Source: Styela clava (lineage: Eukaryota). From it: a stretch of 64,000 bases of DNA. The translations under genes and the position numbers were made by a program. Of the stretch, positions 1-11,785 are shown piece by piece. The notes beneath the pieces are model-generated. The model was not told where the DNA came from. It did not search any database and saw nothing but the letters and a program-made list of their open reading frames with translations. The stretch is taken from assembly GCF_964204865.1 (NCBI RefSeq), contig NC_135252.1, positions 17,484,001 to 17,548,000 on the forward strand, given 5' to 3'. Position 1 is the first letter of the stretch. Every line of letters starts with the position of its first letter.

Positions 1-266
1 ATTGCCCGATTACACTTGTGTGAGATACATCGCTGCTCGGGGTCATAATTAATCATTCTAATACACAATGCTGTTCCGGTCGTCTACATGTGCAGGTATG
101 ACACTAATGGTGCCATAAATTATATAATTTTTAAATTCTTCTCATTGTTAAACCATCAAAACATATGTAGAAAACTTTCACGAACCATAAACCAAATTTT
201 AACACCTTTAAAGCGACAAGATTATTTTTCGCTATCGTTTCACAACTATATAGTCGAAATTATACA

Positions 267-286
267 TATATATATATATATATATA
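267..286. repeat. (TA)n microsatellite
   Basis: Run of atatatatatatatatatat. Confidence 0.8.
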
Positions 287-1240
287 CATTTTATAGCTAA
301 GCATATATAGGAGACTTGTAAGACATCATCAGGTCTGTGCTGCACTTGAAATTAGAAGACTGATTGCAAAATTATTTGAAGCTCTAAAGTAGCACAAGAA
401 TTTAAAATAGAACAATGAACTAAATATCTGTAAGATCATATTGAACTCTCCGAATCGAGGCGAGAACAAGAAAAATGAAATAAAAGAATGATTATTTGCT
501 AAAATCGAACCTGTACTCGAAACAAGGCCTGATACCCCTCTCAACTCGGGTGTATAAATTACACTTATTATGAGATTTAGGTGCTAGGTGTTTAGCTTAG
601 AGATAAACACTGTGAATGCTTGTCCAGGCATTTTAAATCTAATATTTATTCGCCAATTCATAGTTCGATATTCATTGGTCCCCTGTCGTTTTAACCAATA
701 GGTCTAATGAATAAAGTATTGCTTCAACGATATTAAAAGCCACACAAAAGCATAATTTCTAAAACAAATGTCGTTTTAAGTATAGATAATATCTAAGCCT
801 AATTTTGCCGAGTTTTAAAAGTATATATAATTTCTTCAGAATATGACCAAATAATATCAAGACCGATGCCCAAAAATAAGATGCAATACTGAAATATCTT
901 GTAAAATTCTTTCCATGCGCATATGGCGACAATTAAATCAAAACCATACGTTCTGCTTAACAGCTATAGGCAGGCGTGGGATTTGACCAAGACATTAAAA
1001 TTTTATTGCGAATGCTAAAGTGGCAGATGATTTCCGCATTATACCATAAATACAGTTCATTGTGATATAAAAGCCAAAAGGATTATATACACAATAAAAT
1101 TTGTATCGTGTGGAATGTAGTTTTATTTTTACTATTATTATAAGAAATCCAAAGCACTTTTTGAAAAATAGCATTTCGTGCTGAACTTTAGAAAATATTT
1201 CAATCAAATGTGATGAAAAAAATACTTAAACCATTTAAAC

Positions 1241-1302
1241 CAGTGGTTCTCAGCCGGTGGGGATCGCGGTGGGGTGCGGCCTGAAAAGTTTCAGAACCAC
1301 TG
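1241..1302. mobile_element. Tiny hAT-type MITE remnant (62 bp)
   Basis: Terminal inverted repeats CAGTGGTTCT...AGAACCACTG, typical of hAT/Charlie ends. The 8-bp flanks do not match, so no TSD. Confidence 0.55.
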
Positions 1303-4298
1303 AACTATATTTTATTGTAGTTCATTCGATTTTTTTTCAAATCTTCAATAAAGTTACTGCTGAAAACTATATTTCTCTATTTAAGTTGCCTTGTAGTTGC
1401 GGAAGCCAATTCTAAACATTTTTAAGAATATACTTTAAGGCTTTTTATACAAGATTCGTGTGACTGCAGGTCACGTCTACCCACAAGCTTTCACTATAAC
1501 TAACCAAACGGTGGAATGGCTGAATATCGTTCCCAAGTTTTTAATCAAACGTAATTTAAAGAATTACACGGTTGCATTTTGCTAACAAATTTAGCTACTC
1601 TTGAAAAAAATTGAATTATGGTATCTTACGAAAAATTCCGCGAGGCGGATTTTTACCTCGAACTGAAAGAGTTGAAATATCTCACAGCTTTCTTGCAAAA
1701 TCAATCTTATCAAGTCTTCCTAAACTGAATGAAATTCTGACGCTTTCCCGAACAATCTTAAAAGTATTATCGTCATATAATCCTTCAAGGTGTGGAAACT
1801 CTCTTGGGATTCGGATAATTGCAATAAAATTCCTTCCTATTTCAGTGCACAGATCGTATTATGGAGAAGTATACATACTCAGAGAAGATTCGCGAGTCTC
1901 TTGTTGTTGTCTTGGAAGGCGACAACAACACACACGTAATACCTAATAAACAACAAAATCACAAACAATCGAATTTAAGTGTTTCCATTTGATTTACATT
2001 TATGATATAGACAACTGAAGCATCCTTGCATTGCGATAACCTTTTGAGCGAATATAAAACCCAACTAATTAGCCTACACTACCTAGTCTTAGTGTTTTTC
2101 CTAAAAAAAATTTAGTTCTGATTCCATTTCAGTGTTCAATTTGGACGGTAATATGTTTAATTTCAAATATATTTAGATGCAAAGCATAATATAATCATCG
2201 AAATTATTATAACTTATATTTCCTGTCCTCGAAAATTCACTCTCGACCAGTTGCACGTCGAACAATATAAAAATATATTACACAAACGCACCTCACACGT
2301 ATTAATACACGGCCATATATTCTCTTGGGTAGTTTTCATTTTGCTCGTGAGCAGTATTCAATGTTCATTTTAATTTCCAACTCGACACAGGGGGCGGATG
2401 AAACAAATCCAAAAAGCAAACAATCCATAGAATGAACACAAAAGTTTGAGCCATATTTGTTGCGTGTTACCATGATTCTTAAGATAACATTGTGCTTCCT
2501 TAGTGAATTTGCTTTGTTAAAACCGTCTTATCAATTTTTCTCTCAGTGAATAAATATGAAATTTCTATCCTGCACGTGTGAAAATTATGGGGATTATTGG
2601 TATATGTAGACCTAAGTTTCGACTTTTCCTTCCATTTGGGGTTAGTTAGTGTAAGAAAATGGGCTATTTTCAAGTTTTCGTATCCTGTTCACACTACAGA
2701 TGTCCCTTGGCCGATTGCTTTCACATTTATCCTGCAAAGATAGCTAGTCTTACTACTTATATCATTTTTAGTATTTTGGGGGCAATCTGGAGCTGGTTGT
2801 TCCAGCCCTAAATTTTAAGAAAATTAGCATGTAGACAAAATTGCAGTACATTGTTGATCAAATTAACACGATGCTGGTTGTTACCATACAGCATACACAC
2901 ATGGGCCCTCGGTGACGCAACCGGTCTTGCACAGGACCTTCGCAAAATATGATCAACCATTATTGAATTATTTTTCTGTGTTGAATCAAATGTTGACTTT
3001 GCTTGTGATAATAAAAACTCTCCCACTGATAGAGATTGGAAAATATTGGGGATATTTAATTCGTTGAAGTCTTTACTGCTGGACAAACAATTTGCAGCAA
3101 TTCCGATATTTTCATAAGTGTATTGAAAAAGAAGAAAATAGTGTCAGTCGACTTTAATATATAATTTAAACACAGTCGAGCGTGGATTTTAAACTACTTT
3201 CAAATCAAATTTCAGTTAGATATCTGAATAATGGAAAGGTACAACGGTTTAAGTTGCTATGTCTACGATTTGTTCATCTGTACTTTTGGCAATGAGCTTT
3301 GCAAAATATTAATTTTTCGAAAACGAATTACCGGACTCGCTATCGATATCATGTGCGACTACTTTCAACAGTTCACCTATGCTACTCTTTGTCCAAAAGC
3401 AATATTAAAACAAAATAATCCATCACTCTAATGATACCCACGTCACATCAAAGAGCCGGTATAGATCAGTATAAATAGCCAAGAATTGATTTGCACACAA
3501 ATTTAATTGAAAGTAAATATTGCTCAGCAATGAAAGCTAAAATATCCGCATTATATATTGACATATCGCCTACCTGTACCAAAACCAAACTGAGAATTAA
3601 GTTGGTGAGTAATTGCTGAAACAGGGGCACAAAATATTTACTGTACTTTAGAATTTGTCTCGAAACGGCAGGTGGTTTGTAATACAGCCAATCCATTTCA
3701 CCACGAAAATCAATTGCGCACATAACATCATATGATTTATTTTTATCATGAATCGTTGATAACGATCTGATATTTAAAACGTGTCATCAAGCCTTCGTAT
3801 GAATGACTGATATCAAACGGCAATTTCTAAAGAGTAAGATATGTGTTAATTGAATCGAATCACTACAGCCAAACCACAATTATTTAAACGATTTTTCCTC
3901 GGTTATGCTTTTTTAGGGCTTTAGGGTAATCGTGTGGAGAAAGTCATAAGTGGTAGGGAACCCACATCCCAACACGAGTGGGAAGGAATATCATTCATGA
4001 TTTAAAAATCATTTTCCTATAGATGGTTATTAATAAATTAAAAAAAATCAACTACAATGAATTAGAAAGAAAAATGCATAATTAAAAAACGAACTGTACG
4101 TTGAAGGATCCTACAACTATGCTAATTAAAGAATAATAATTAGTACAATGTAGAAAATAAACTTAGTACTTTCTAATTGGCACTCAATGCATTGAACATA
4201 ACTATATAAAATTGCAAACCACAACTAATTAGCCTTTCTGGTTACATATGTCAGTAAAAGACCCATACGTAAACAACAGATTGACACGTTGTGCAAGC

Positions 4299-4400
4299 CA
4301 GGGGTATGCAACATGCGCCCACAGGTCAAATGCGGCCCCTATGGAAAAATTTTCACCCCGCGGAGAAATGCTAATTTTGTACGGTGTGCGCCCGCGAAAC
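4299..4400 (+). mobile_element. hAT/Charlie-type MITE left-end fragment
   Basis: Starts CAGGGGTATGCAAC, followed by GCGGCCC/GCCCGC subterminal motifs. Same end type as the element ending GTTGCACACCCCTG at 10605. No right end found. Confidence 0.5.
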
Positions 4401-5265
4401 GAGTTTTTCATTTACTTCGATCTGGTACCTGTGATCTTGTGCACACAACGTATGTCATGAGACCAACAACCAAATTTTGGTGCATGCTACCACTAGAAAG
4501 CCTAAGTTATTTAAGTTAAGAAAGTTATTTGTTCCAGATCCATGGACTGAACAGATCCATTTCACAGAATGAAGGTTACAGTATATCGCTAAGTACATAA
4601 CAATGATGAATTATTGAAGTTATAAAATATAACAACAGTGGGGGTTAACAAGATATTAGATTTACTGATAGCTTGATATACCTGGGACCAAAGTCATTGA
4701 TTCATAAAGCCTCAAAACCAATGTGAACTAAAAGACATGACAGCATATAAAATAGAATTTGGGTATAAAGTATTTCAAGATTTTTTTTAAAGATGTTTCA
4801 AACTACAGCACCAGATGAAGTTTAAAATCACATTTACATTGAGAACAAACTAGGATCTGCAAGATATGGGGAACAGAAAAATCATATCAGTAATGTTCAA
4901 CGGGGATTCTCAAACAACATGTATATTCATATTTTCAATTCGAACAGATACTAAGGTGAATAAAACTATTGCAAATTTTAAAGTAGTAATATTTAAAACA
5001 CCCATTGAATAATTGGTTTACGATTATAGAACTTACAAATTGGGAAGGAACCCCTAACCTGGTGAAATCTACATTACAAGTGATTCCAAGTCTCATTTAT
5101 GTTAAAATCATGAATAATGACATTAATATTAAGAATCTGGAATTAATTTATAATTGGTATGATATACTGAACTTATAGTAGCGATCTATTTACTTGAAGT
5201 AATTATCATTCTGATAACTGGCAACATACAAATTTGAAATCCTTCGACGGGAATATATCACAGAG

Positions 5266-8200
5266 TTAATCAAGATTCATTTTTGCTTCAATTTGAGGAA
5301 AATTCTTGAAGAAAGACAGAAACAACTTTTCACATTGTGATATTGCGCTTGCTCCACACATTTCTCGACATGAATGCATTGATAACATTGCAGCTCCAAG
5401 ATCACAAGTACGAAGGCCAAGCTTTGCTGAAAGTATCGGACCTATGGTGGAACCACATGGTGAATCATTTCGAACCATGACATCCTGAGTACTGATACCA
5501 GCTATTCGTGCGGCCTCTCTGATTACAGCAGCTGTAACCACGGTTGTTGCGTACCTGGGGAATACATAATTAGAAGTTATTATGAATATGGAATACATAA
5601 TGCTGTTCAGTTTCATGAAAATTCAGTTTCTATAAAAATATATAGGGTAATGTTCATGCAAATTACTCTGTTCTGAACACATATAAATTCAGACGAAATT
5701 ACAGCAGTAGACAAAATTAGCTTATGTCACATTTTAGAGTTTTGAGAAAATCATCTTTTTGTAATTCTCAGATCGATAAAGTTAAACTCACAAATGGACA
5801 TAAAGCACTATCTATAATTACAACCAAACACGTATAGCATTGAAACCCAGACCAAAAGATGACAAACTCCTGGTCAATAATGACAGAATATAAAAATGTA
5901 CATTTTTGAAAAATGTGTCATCAGCTAATTTGGTATTACCATGGCAATATCTAGTACCTATGTTCTATTCGAAAACATTATTTTTGAATGTTTTTGAAGA
6001 TATATTCTTACTTCTGATTATTATTGATTTTGATAACAGGGCCACCATGTAACGATGGACGCAAGTTTTCTTCGTGTTTGTCAAAATAGTTTGGATGAAT
6101 TGCGTGAGCTGCATCAGCACTGATCATGAAAGACTTTGGCACACTCTCCTCAAATGCTGTAGGATTTTCTGCCTAAAATTGTTTCAAAGAAATATTTTAA
6201 AGAAATGAAGTTTGCTAAATAGCATATATTTGATATTACATATTAGATAATATTATTTCAGAAGGAAGCTAGAATTTAGTTTGGCCAATTGAAGTAACAC
6301 TGATTAAAAAAATAAAACTCACAGATTTTCTAGGGTGACTGTGATAAAAGGATTAGAGGCATGAAATACAGGTACTCCCGTAGTGTGTGTATTAGGTTAG
6401 GGTTAGGCCATAATTTTGTTGCGATTTTCCTTATTTCAGTTCTATTACGAGTTCGAGGACTGTCTGTGTTAGCCAATTGAATATACAACTGCCCATAGGT
6501 TTCAGTTCCTTTACACAACTTGATGTAAAGTATATCTAATAACAAATATATATTCTTTCAATGTGAAATGGGAATATACTATTGAGCTACGATTTCATGT
6601 ACTTAGTATTCCTTCCGAATTGAGACCAGACTTGGCAGTAAATATTTGAAGGTAGTAGTATTGAAGGTTAACACAAATTTTTCGGTGATCCCGAAGTATG
6701 CGAACCAAGATGGCGGACATCGGAACGTAACAGGTTAGGGTTAGGCAATAATTTTTTTCCAATTTTCCTTATTTTAGTCCTATTATCAGTTCGAAGACTA
6801 GCCAAGAGTCTCCCGTAGTATTTATACCTAAAATTATGGCCTAACCCTAACCTAGTACACATATTACATTCCGATGTCCGCCATCTTGGTTTGCATACTT
6901 CGGGAGCCCCAATTTTTTTTTGTACTAGCGGAAATTGTTTTGAAAATTGTTGTAAAGTGACAGATTCACAAATCCTGAATCATATTGAAAGTGCAAGATT
7001 GATAGGTATATCTACGTATAGATTTATATTTACAGAGTTTGAAATTCTTCTCATTATATATTCAGTGATGGAAGATCCTGCACCCTGTGCGCTTGACGAT
7101 CCGACTTCTTCATTGTCGTACAAACAAATCATTCTAATGTTCGGCTCATTTGCCAGAGATTCCTCATCACTGCATGAATCAATGAGAGCCTTGAAAAAAT
7201 AAAAATTTTTGTGAGGCAACTTGCTGGAGAAATGACCATCATGTGGAGGTAGCAACACCATCTGTATGAACAACCATCAGGATAGGATAGGATTTACATA
7301 TTTATCCCGGAGGAGAGGAAAGCCTACAAGATCATATGGCGAACCACGGCCTCTCGTCCAGTTACCAGTCCATGTCGTGTATGGGATTAGTTAGCCAGTT
7401 TGAGAAGCATGGACTTGATGGTGGAGGAAGCCGTAACTGATCGGCGGTTTTGTGAAACACCCTGCGACAACGAAGAGTCCAGCAATACTCTCGCACATAA
7501 CTATCCCTGCATAGGATATAAGCCTGTGAATCCACGCAGGGTAATCAGAGATGCATTGGCGAGCGTATTCGTAACAGATAGCACGATGTGCCACACCGCC
7601 GAGCCTTCTTAATGAGCAAAGCAATAAAAATGGAACAACTAGATTTATCCCTCTGTTGTCATGAAAAGCATGCAGTTCAAGTTTGAGGTTTTTTTAAAAG
7701 CAACACTGCTGTACTGCATTTGCATTTCTGTACTAAATGTTGCTTGCTATTGAACTATCAGTATAATTATTCACAATTGCGTCTCCTAAAATGAAACACA
7801 CACTATATTGCTGCTTGGAACTGTGGCATAATAAACAATTGGTAGCCCTTACCCATGATGTCAAATATTCATGCGACTTCAAGTTATGGAAAGTTTCTAA
7901 AAAAGCCAAACCTGAAGAGCTGGGTATGTACTCGACAAATTATCGAGCCGCGGAGAAAAGATCAACTCATCGAATGCTCCTCCGATAACAGAAGGTTGAT
8001 GATCAGCCAAATAAAGATCCAAATCAACAATAAAATCAGGATCAACAGATAATTCTTTGCTCAGAAGTTGAGTCAACACAGGATGATGCTTAGATTGACA
8101 AGAACTGCTGCCTGCTTTCTTCACCACTGCAGCTATTAATTAGAAAATATAGCATTGAAATTAAACCAAACTACAAAAAGCAAACTTGAGACCAGATGCA

Positions 8201-9744
8201 GAAAATGTGATGCACTTTGCACTTTTTTCAACTTGAAAATCTGCTCTGATCACTCAAATTTTAAATGAAGATGAATGGGAAATATGCGATTTCACTTCAT
8301 CGCAGTGCTGGGTTCAAATTATTTTTTCTATAAGGTCACACGCACTTACTCGAAAATGATGATCTCCAAACGAAGTTACCGGTGACTAATAAAGTGTCAA
8401 GAGCTTCTGAGACTATAAATCATTATATTGTAGAATTGTACGTTATTGAATTTAAGTCTGAATCCTAGCAAATTTTGAGGTTAGAGCACCAAGTCGATTC
8501 ACTGCCTTTCAGAGTCGCGAGTCAGCTCACTCCTGTTTAAATCATACTCGAATAATGGTACATTTCATAATAAACAATGAAATTGATGAATAGGTGACAT
8601 AATGAGACTATTTCAACTTTAAAGCGATGTTATTTTGTTATTGAAAATTTCAATAGTGCATGCTTATTGTGCACATCAGGAAATGAACAGATTAACTATT
8701 ATATGATAATATCATATATATCTTCAAGTTGTTCCTTACTTTTGTTTAATTGATATTCAGCCTGTGTTGCAAGGATTGGGACCATATGAAGTTCTTTATT
8801 GATTGAAAACCTATCATTCATTTCTCTTTGTAAATGGATAGCAAGATGAGGAATTCGCAGAATTGGACGATCTATATGAACTAACCTGACAATGTGAAAA
8901 AATCAAAAATGAAACTTCTTGGAAAACTTTGAGGTAAAGCAGAATGATATGCAATAAAATTTGTTCACTATTTGTCAAATAAAATAGAATGGAGCTAAAT
9001 TGTTCAAAGAATTCAGACTACTATTTTTCCTATAAAATTTGGTCTTTTTAGCAATAAAATCATGACTTGCATTAAATTTTATCACGAAAAATTTACTCAT
9101 TTACAGATTTAAGATATATCAAATTAATTGTGAAGCATAACATAAGAATTGAATAAGAAAGTAACGTTAATCGTCAAAATGGTGTAAAAAAGGCTTTTAG
9201 AGATAAAATGAATCAATTGTTAACATAATACTGAAATATAAGATGCAACAAGAATGCTATAAAAAAATAGATGATTAAAATTCATTTGCATGAATCAGAT
9301 AACAAACCTTTGTTCAATTTTAGCTCCATTTTCCGTTGAAACAATCACTCTTCCTGCCAATTTAAGGTCACGATCGAACCAACTCCCCCAATTTCCCCCT
9401 CCATAAGTTTCGACCCCAACTTGCACATATCCAAACTTTTCTCGTGCACTTTTCACTTTAACTCTAGGACACGGACTGTCAGTGTGAGCCCCAACTATAC
9501 TGAAGCCATTTCCCCCAACATATTTACCACCAACAGCAAATGCAATGATAGTAGACTGATTCCTGGTTACAAAATATTTGGATTTTTGTGACAAGCTCCA
9601 TTTGTCGCGTTCTCGGAGCTCTTGAAATCCTGCTTTGAGGAGCCGAGTTTTGCATTCCTGTACCGCATGCATGGGAGATGGCGATGCGTTTACAAACTCT
9701 AAAAACTTCTTCGCCGAACTCAGCATGGTATCTCTTTGATTCAT
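5266..9744 (-). CDS. DNPEP: Aspartyl aminopeptidase (M18 family), 6 coding exons, 469 aa
   Basis: Exons (minus): 9744-9308, 8885-8740, 8132-7912, 7189-7034, 6172-6012, 5554-5266. All GT-AG with compatible phases, total 1410 nt. M18 motifs: [63 protein letters not shown]. Exons 2 and 5 are absent from the ORF track. Confidence 0.96.
6371..6509. mobile_element. Partial/variant copy of the GG-terminal MITE family
   Basis: Starts GGTACTCCCG and shares the internal ggttagggttaggccataatttt...ccttattt...ctattacgagttc core with the copies at 6684 and 63292. Right end uncertain. Confidence 0.55.
6684..6910. mobile_element. Palindromic MITE, long form (Merlin-like)
   Basis: TIRs GGTGATCCCGAAGTATGCGAACCAAGATGGCGGACATCGGAA / TTCCGATGTCCGCCATCTTGGTTTGCATACTTCGGGAGCCCC. 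TSD aatttttc/aatttttt. Lies in DNPEP intron 4. Confidence 0.85.
7279..7605 (-). mobile_element. Probable tRNA-derived SINE in DNPEP intron 3
   Basis: GC-rich island. On the minus strand it starts GGCTCGGCGGTGTGGCACATCGTG (A-box-like), has a degenerate B-box-like GGCTTATATCC and ends in an (ATCCT)3 tail. Confidence 0.6.
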
Positions 9745-10262
9745 TTTGCCAATTTCTCAATTCACACTAGTCTACAACTGCATCAGAAGATACTAGGCAA
9801 TTATTGTAACAAATCGCAATCAAGACTGCAAGTTGCAACGTCCGCAAGCAAATTCGTCGAGTAAGCAAATATTCCCAGCGACAAGCGCTAATCAAACAAA
9901 CAGCTTGAACAACCTTCGCCCACTGTGAGAAGAGCTCTTGACTAAACAATGTTTTTAAAGGTTGAGAATTTTAATATTCATACCGCAGTATCGAATAATT
10001 ATACCAAAATTGTTTTTGTTCCATATCGTATCTAATAATAATAAAGAATGTCAAAAAAAGCGCGTCCTGCGCCCCAACTCAGGCTGAGTATGAGAAGCAC
10101 ACGCCAATGCAGTGAAGAGCTATTCAAACAAGTTCCCAAAGTTTTACCTATAAATTGCCCCGTATCAGACTTCGATATACTTCGGAAAAAAAGGCAAAGG
10201 TATACGTTCTACCATATATTTTTGACACAAAAAACTAATCCTTCATTTCTAGGAGGCAGAAT

Positions 10263-10605
10263 TTAGCTTATGCAACTGATGGCCCGCGGGCCACAATCCG
10301 GCCCGCCAAGATATTAAGTGTGACCCTTGTCAATACTCTGATTTTTCCCCATCAAGCATAAAATCTTAATCCAACAGTTTATGTTTGAAAAGGCGCTCAT
10401 GTGGACATAAATACATGTACTTTTGTTCTTGTCGCTGCGTTAAATCTTTCGCCGTTTTGCCCGGTGCGGTTATTACTATGAGGCTAAGGTAAGCGATAGC
10501 CGCAGTCTCTTCTGTTGCCTTTCCCGCTATTTTTTTGTGTGTCCCAGCTACGTGTCTGAAGTGAAGGTTATATGGCCCGCCAACAAAATATGTTGCACAC
10601 CCCTG
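10263..10605. mobile_element. hAT/Charlie-type non-autonomous element
   Basis: Right TIR GTTGCACACCCCTG and degenerate left end (tatgcaac). GGCCCGC subterminal repeats at both ends. Confidence 0.6.
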
Positions 10606-11019
10606 ACTCATGAGAAGGTCGCTATTGGGAACTCGCAAAAAGCCATCCTAGTCTGGAGTACCTACAATCAAACACCTAGCAAAGTTTAAACTTCGAGCCG
10701 CAAGTCAAATCAATTTGCCATGCCACAGCTTCAAGTCATAAGAGAGGTTAATATACGTTGAAACTATTATTTCCACTTTTCTTTAATTCAGTTATTTTGA
10801 AAGAATTGAATTTGAAAACGGCAAGTCATATTTAACGTTTCTTGGAGTTGTAAAGATTTTGCCCATGGGGTAACTCATTGCCATCTATACGAAATAAAGC
10901 ATAATGGTTCGTTTCATTCCTCTAGTTCCTGTTATTATTCTGTTGTTCTTTTAATGATTTTATATTTCGAGTTAAATTAAAATTGTTTTTTCGCTATTTT
11001 CTGCTTGAAATCAGTATCA

Positions 11020-11077
11020 ATGTGTTGCTGACTGGATGATTCACTGAGTCTTTTGCGACCCCTAATAAATTGCTACG
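11020..11077 (+). mobile_element. LINE 3'-tail fragment, left half (interrupted by the BEL element)
   Basis: tgttgctgactggatgattcactgagtcttttgcgacccc aligns with tgtcgctgactagatgactcattgagtctattcgcgacccc in the LINE tail at ~22051-22091. The alignment continues after the BEL element. Confidence 0.7.
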
Positions 11078-11575
11078 TGTAGCGGTCATGATTCTAAACG
11101 GTGACCGCTATTATTGTAACTAAACTGGCAACGGTAACTCAGGGCATTGAACCCTGACCATTTTGGTGTTGGCGGGATCTCTTTCGGCGTGAGCCGCTTG
11201 GAGGTAGGACGTATAAATTTGTATCTTAATCAATCGGGGGACTTTTGGTATTATTAATTAGGACTTTTGGTATTATTAATTAGGCGTAGTTTAAATTTAC
11301 ATCATATAATTCTATTTTCCTGTTTCATATAGTTATTATTGGTCCCTCCTGTGTAATAGCACTGTATTTTACCGGATTACTGTTTGACAACTATTTCATC
11401 ATTATTTGGCTAGGCTACTATTTTGACTCAACAATAAACATCTTTGGACAATCGTTTCGAACTTTGAAAGGAACTCAGACAGAACCGCGTCATCAAAAAT
11501 AAAGTGCCTGTACGATCTATTTATTCCAATCACCCTAACGAGCACATCGCCATCGTATGGTGCTGAGCCGTTATA
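11078..11575 (+). repeat. 5' LTR (498 bp)
   Basis: TGTAGCGG...CCGTTATA. Contains TATAAA, two AATAAA motifs and 2 copies of a 22-bp tandem unit. Confidence 0.95.
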
Positions 11576-11785
11576 GTAAAATACATCATCAAACCGCGGG
11601 AGGACATTGTCAAAATCTGCAAGTGTTGCAGTAAAGTATTGTGGGGTGTACCCACAGACCCAACACATTGTCAAAGTCTGCAAGTGTTGCAGCAAAACGT
11701 CATATAATCAGTAATTTGTGCTGCTGAGAAGGCCGTGTAGGCCTATTGTAATCAGCTGCAATTAGATACCGTAACGACCAACACC

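Noticed and set aside
511-748. Possible solo LTR (TG...CA with AATAAA)
   Set aside because: No target-site duplication and no second copy in the window.
1611-1946. 111-aa plus-strand ORF
   Set aside because: Starts at TTG with no recognisable domain or splice context; probably a shadow frame.
6720-6860. Interstitial telomere
   Set aside because: Only about two TTAGGG units, always embedded within the MITE.
11239-11284. Repeated 22-bp unit as a CRISPR-like array
   Set aside because: Head-to-tail tandem repeat without spacers, inside an LTR of a eukaryotic element; no cas genes.
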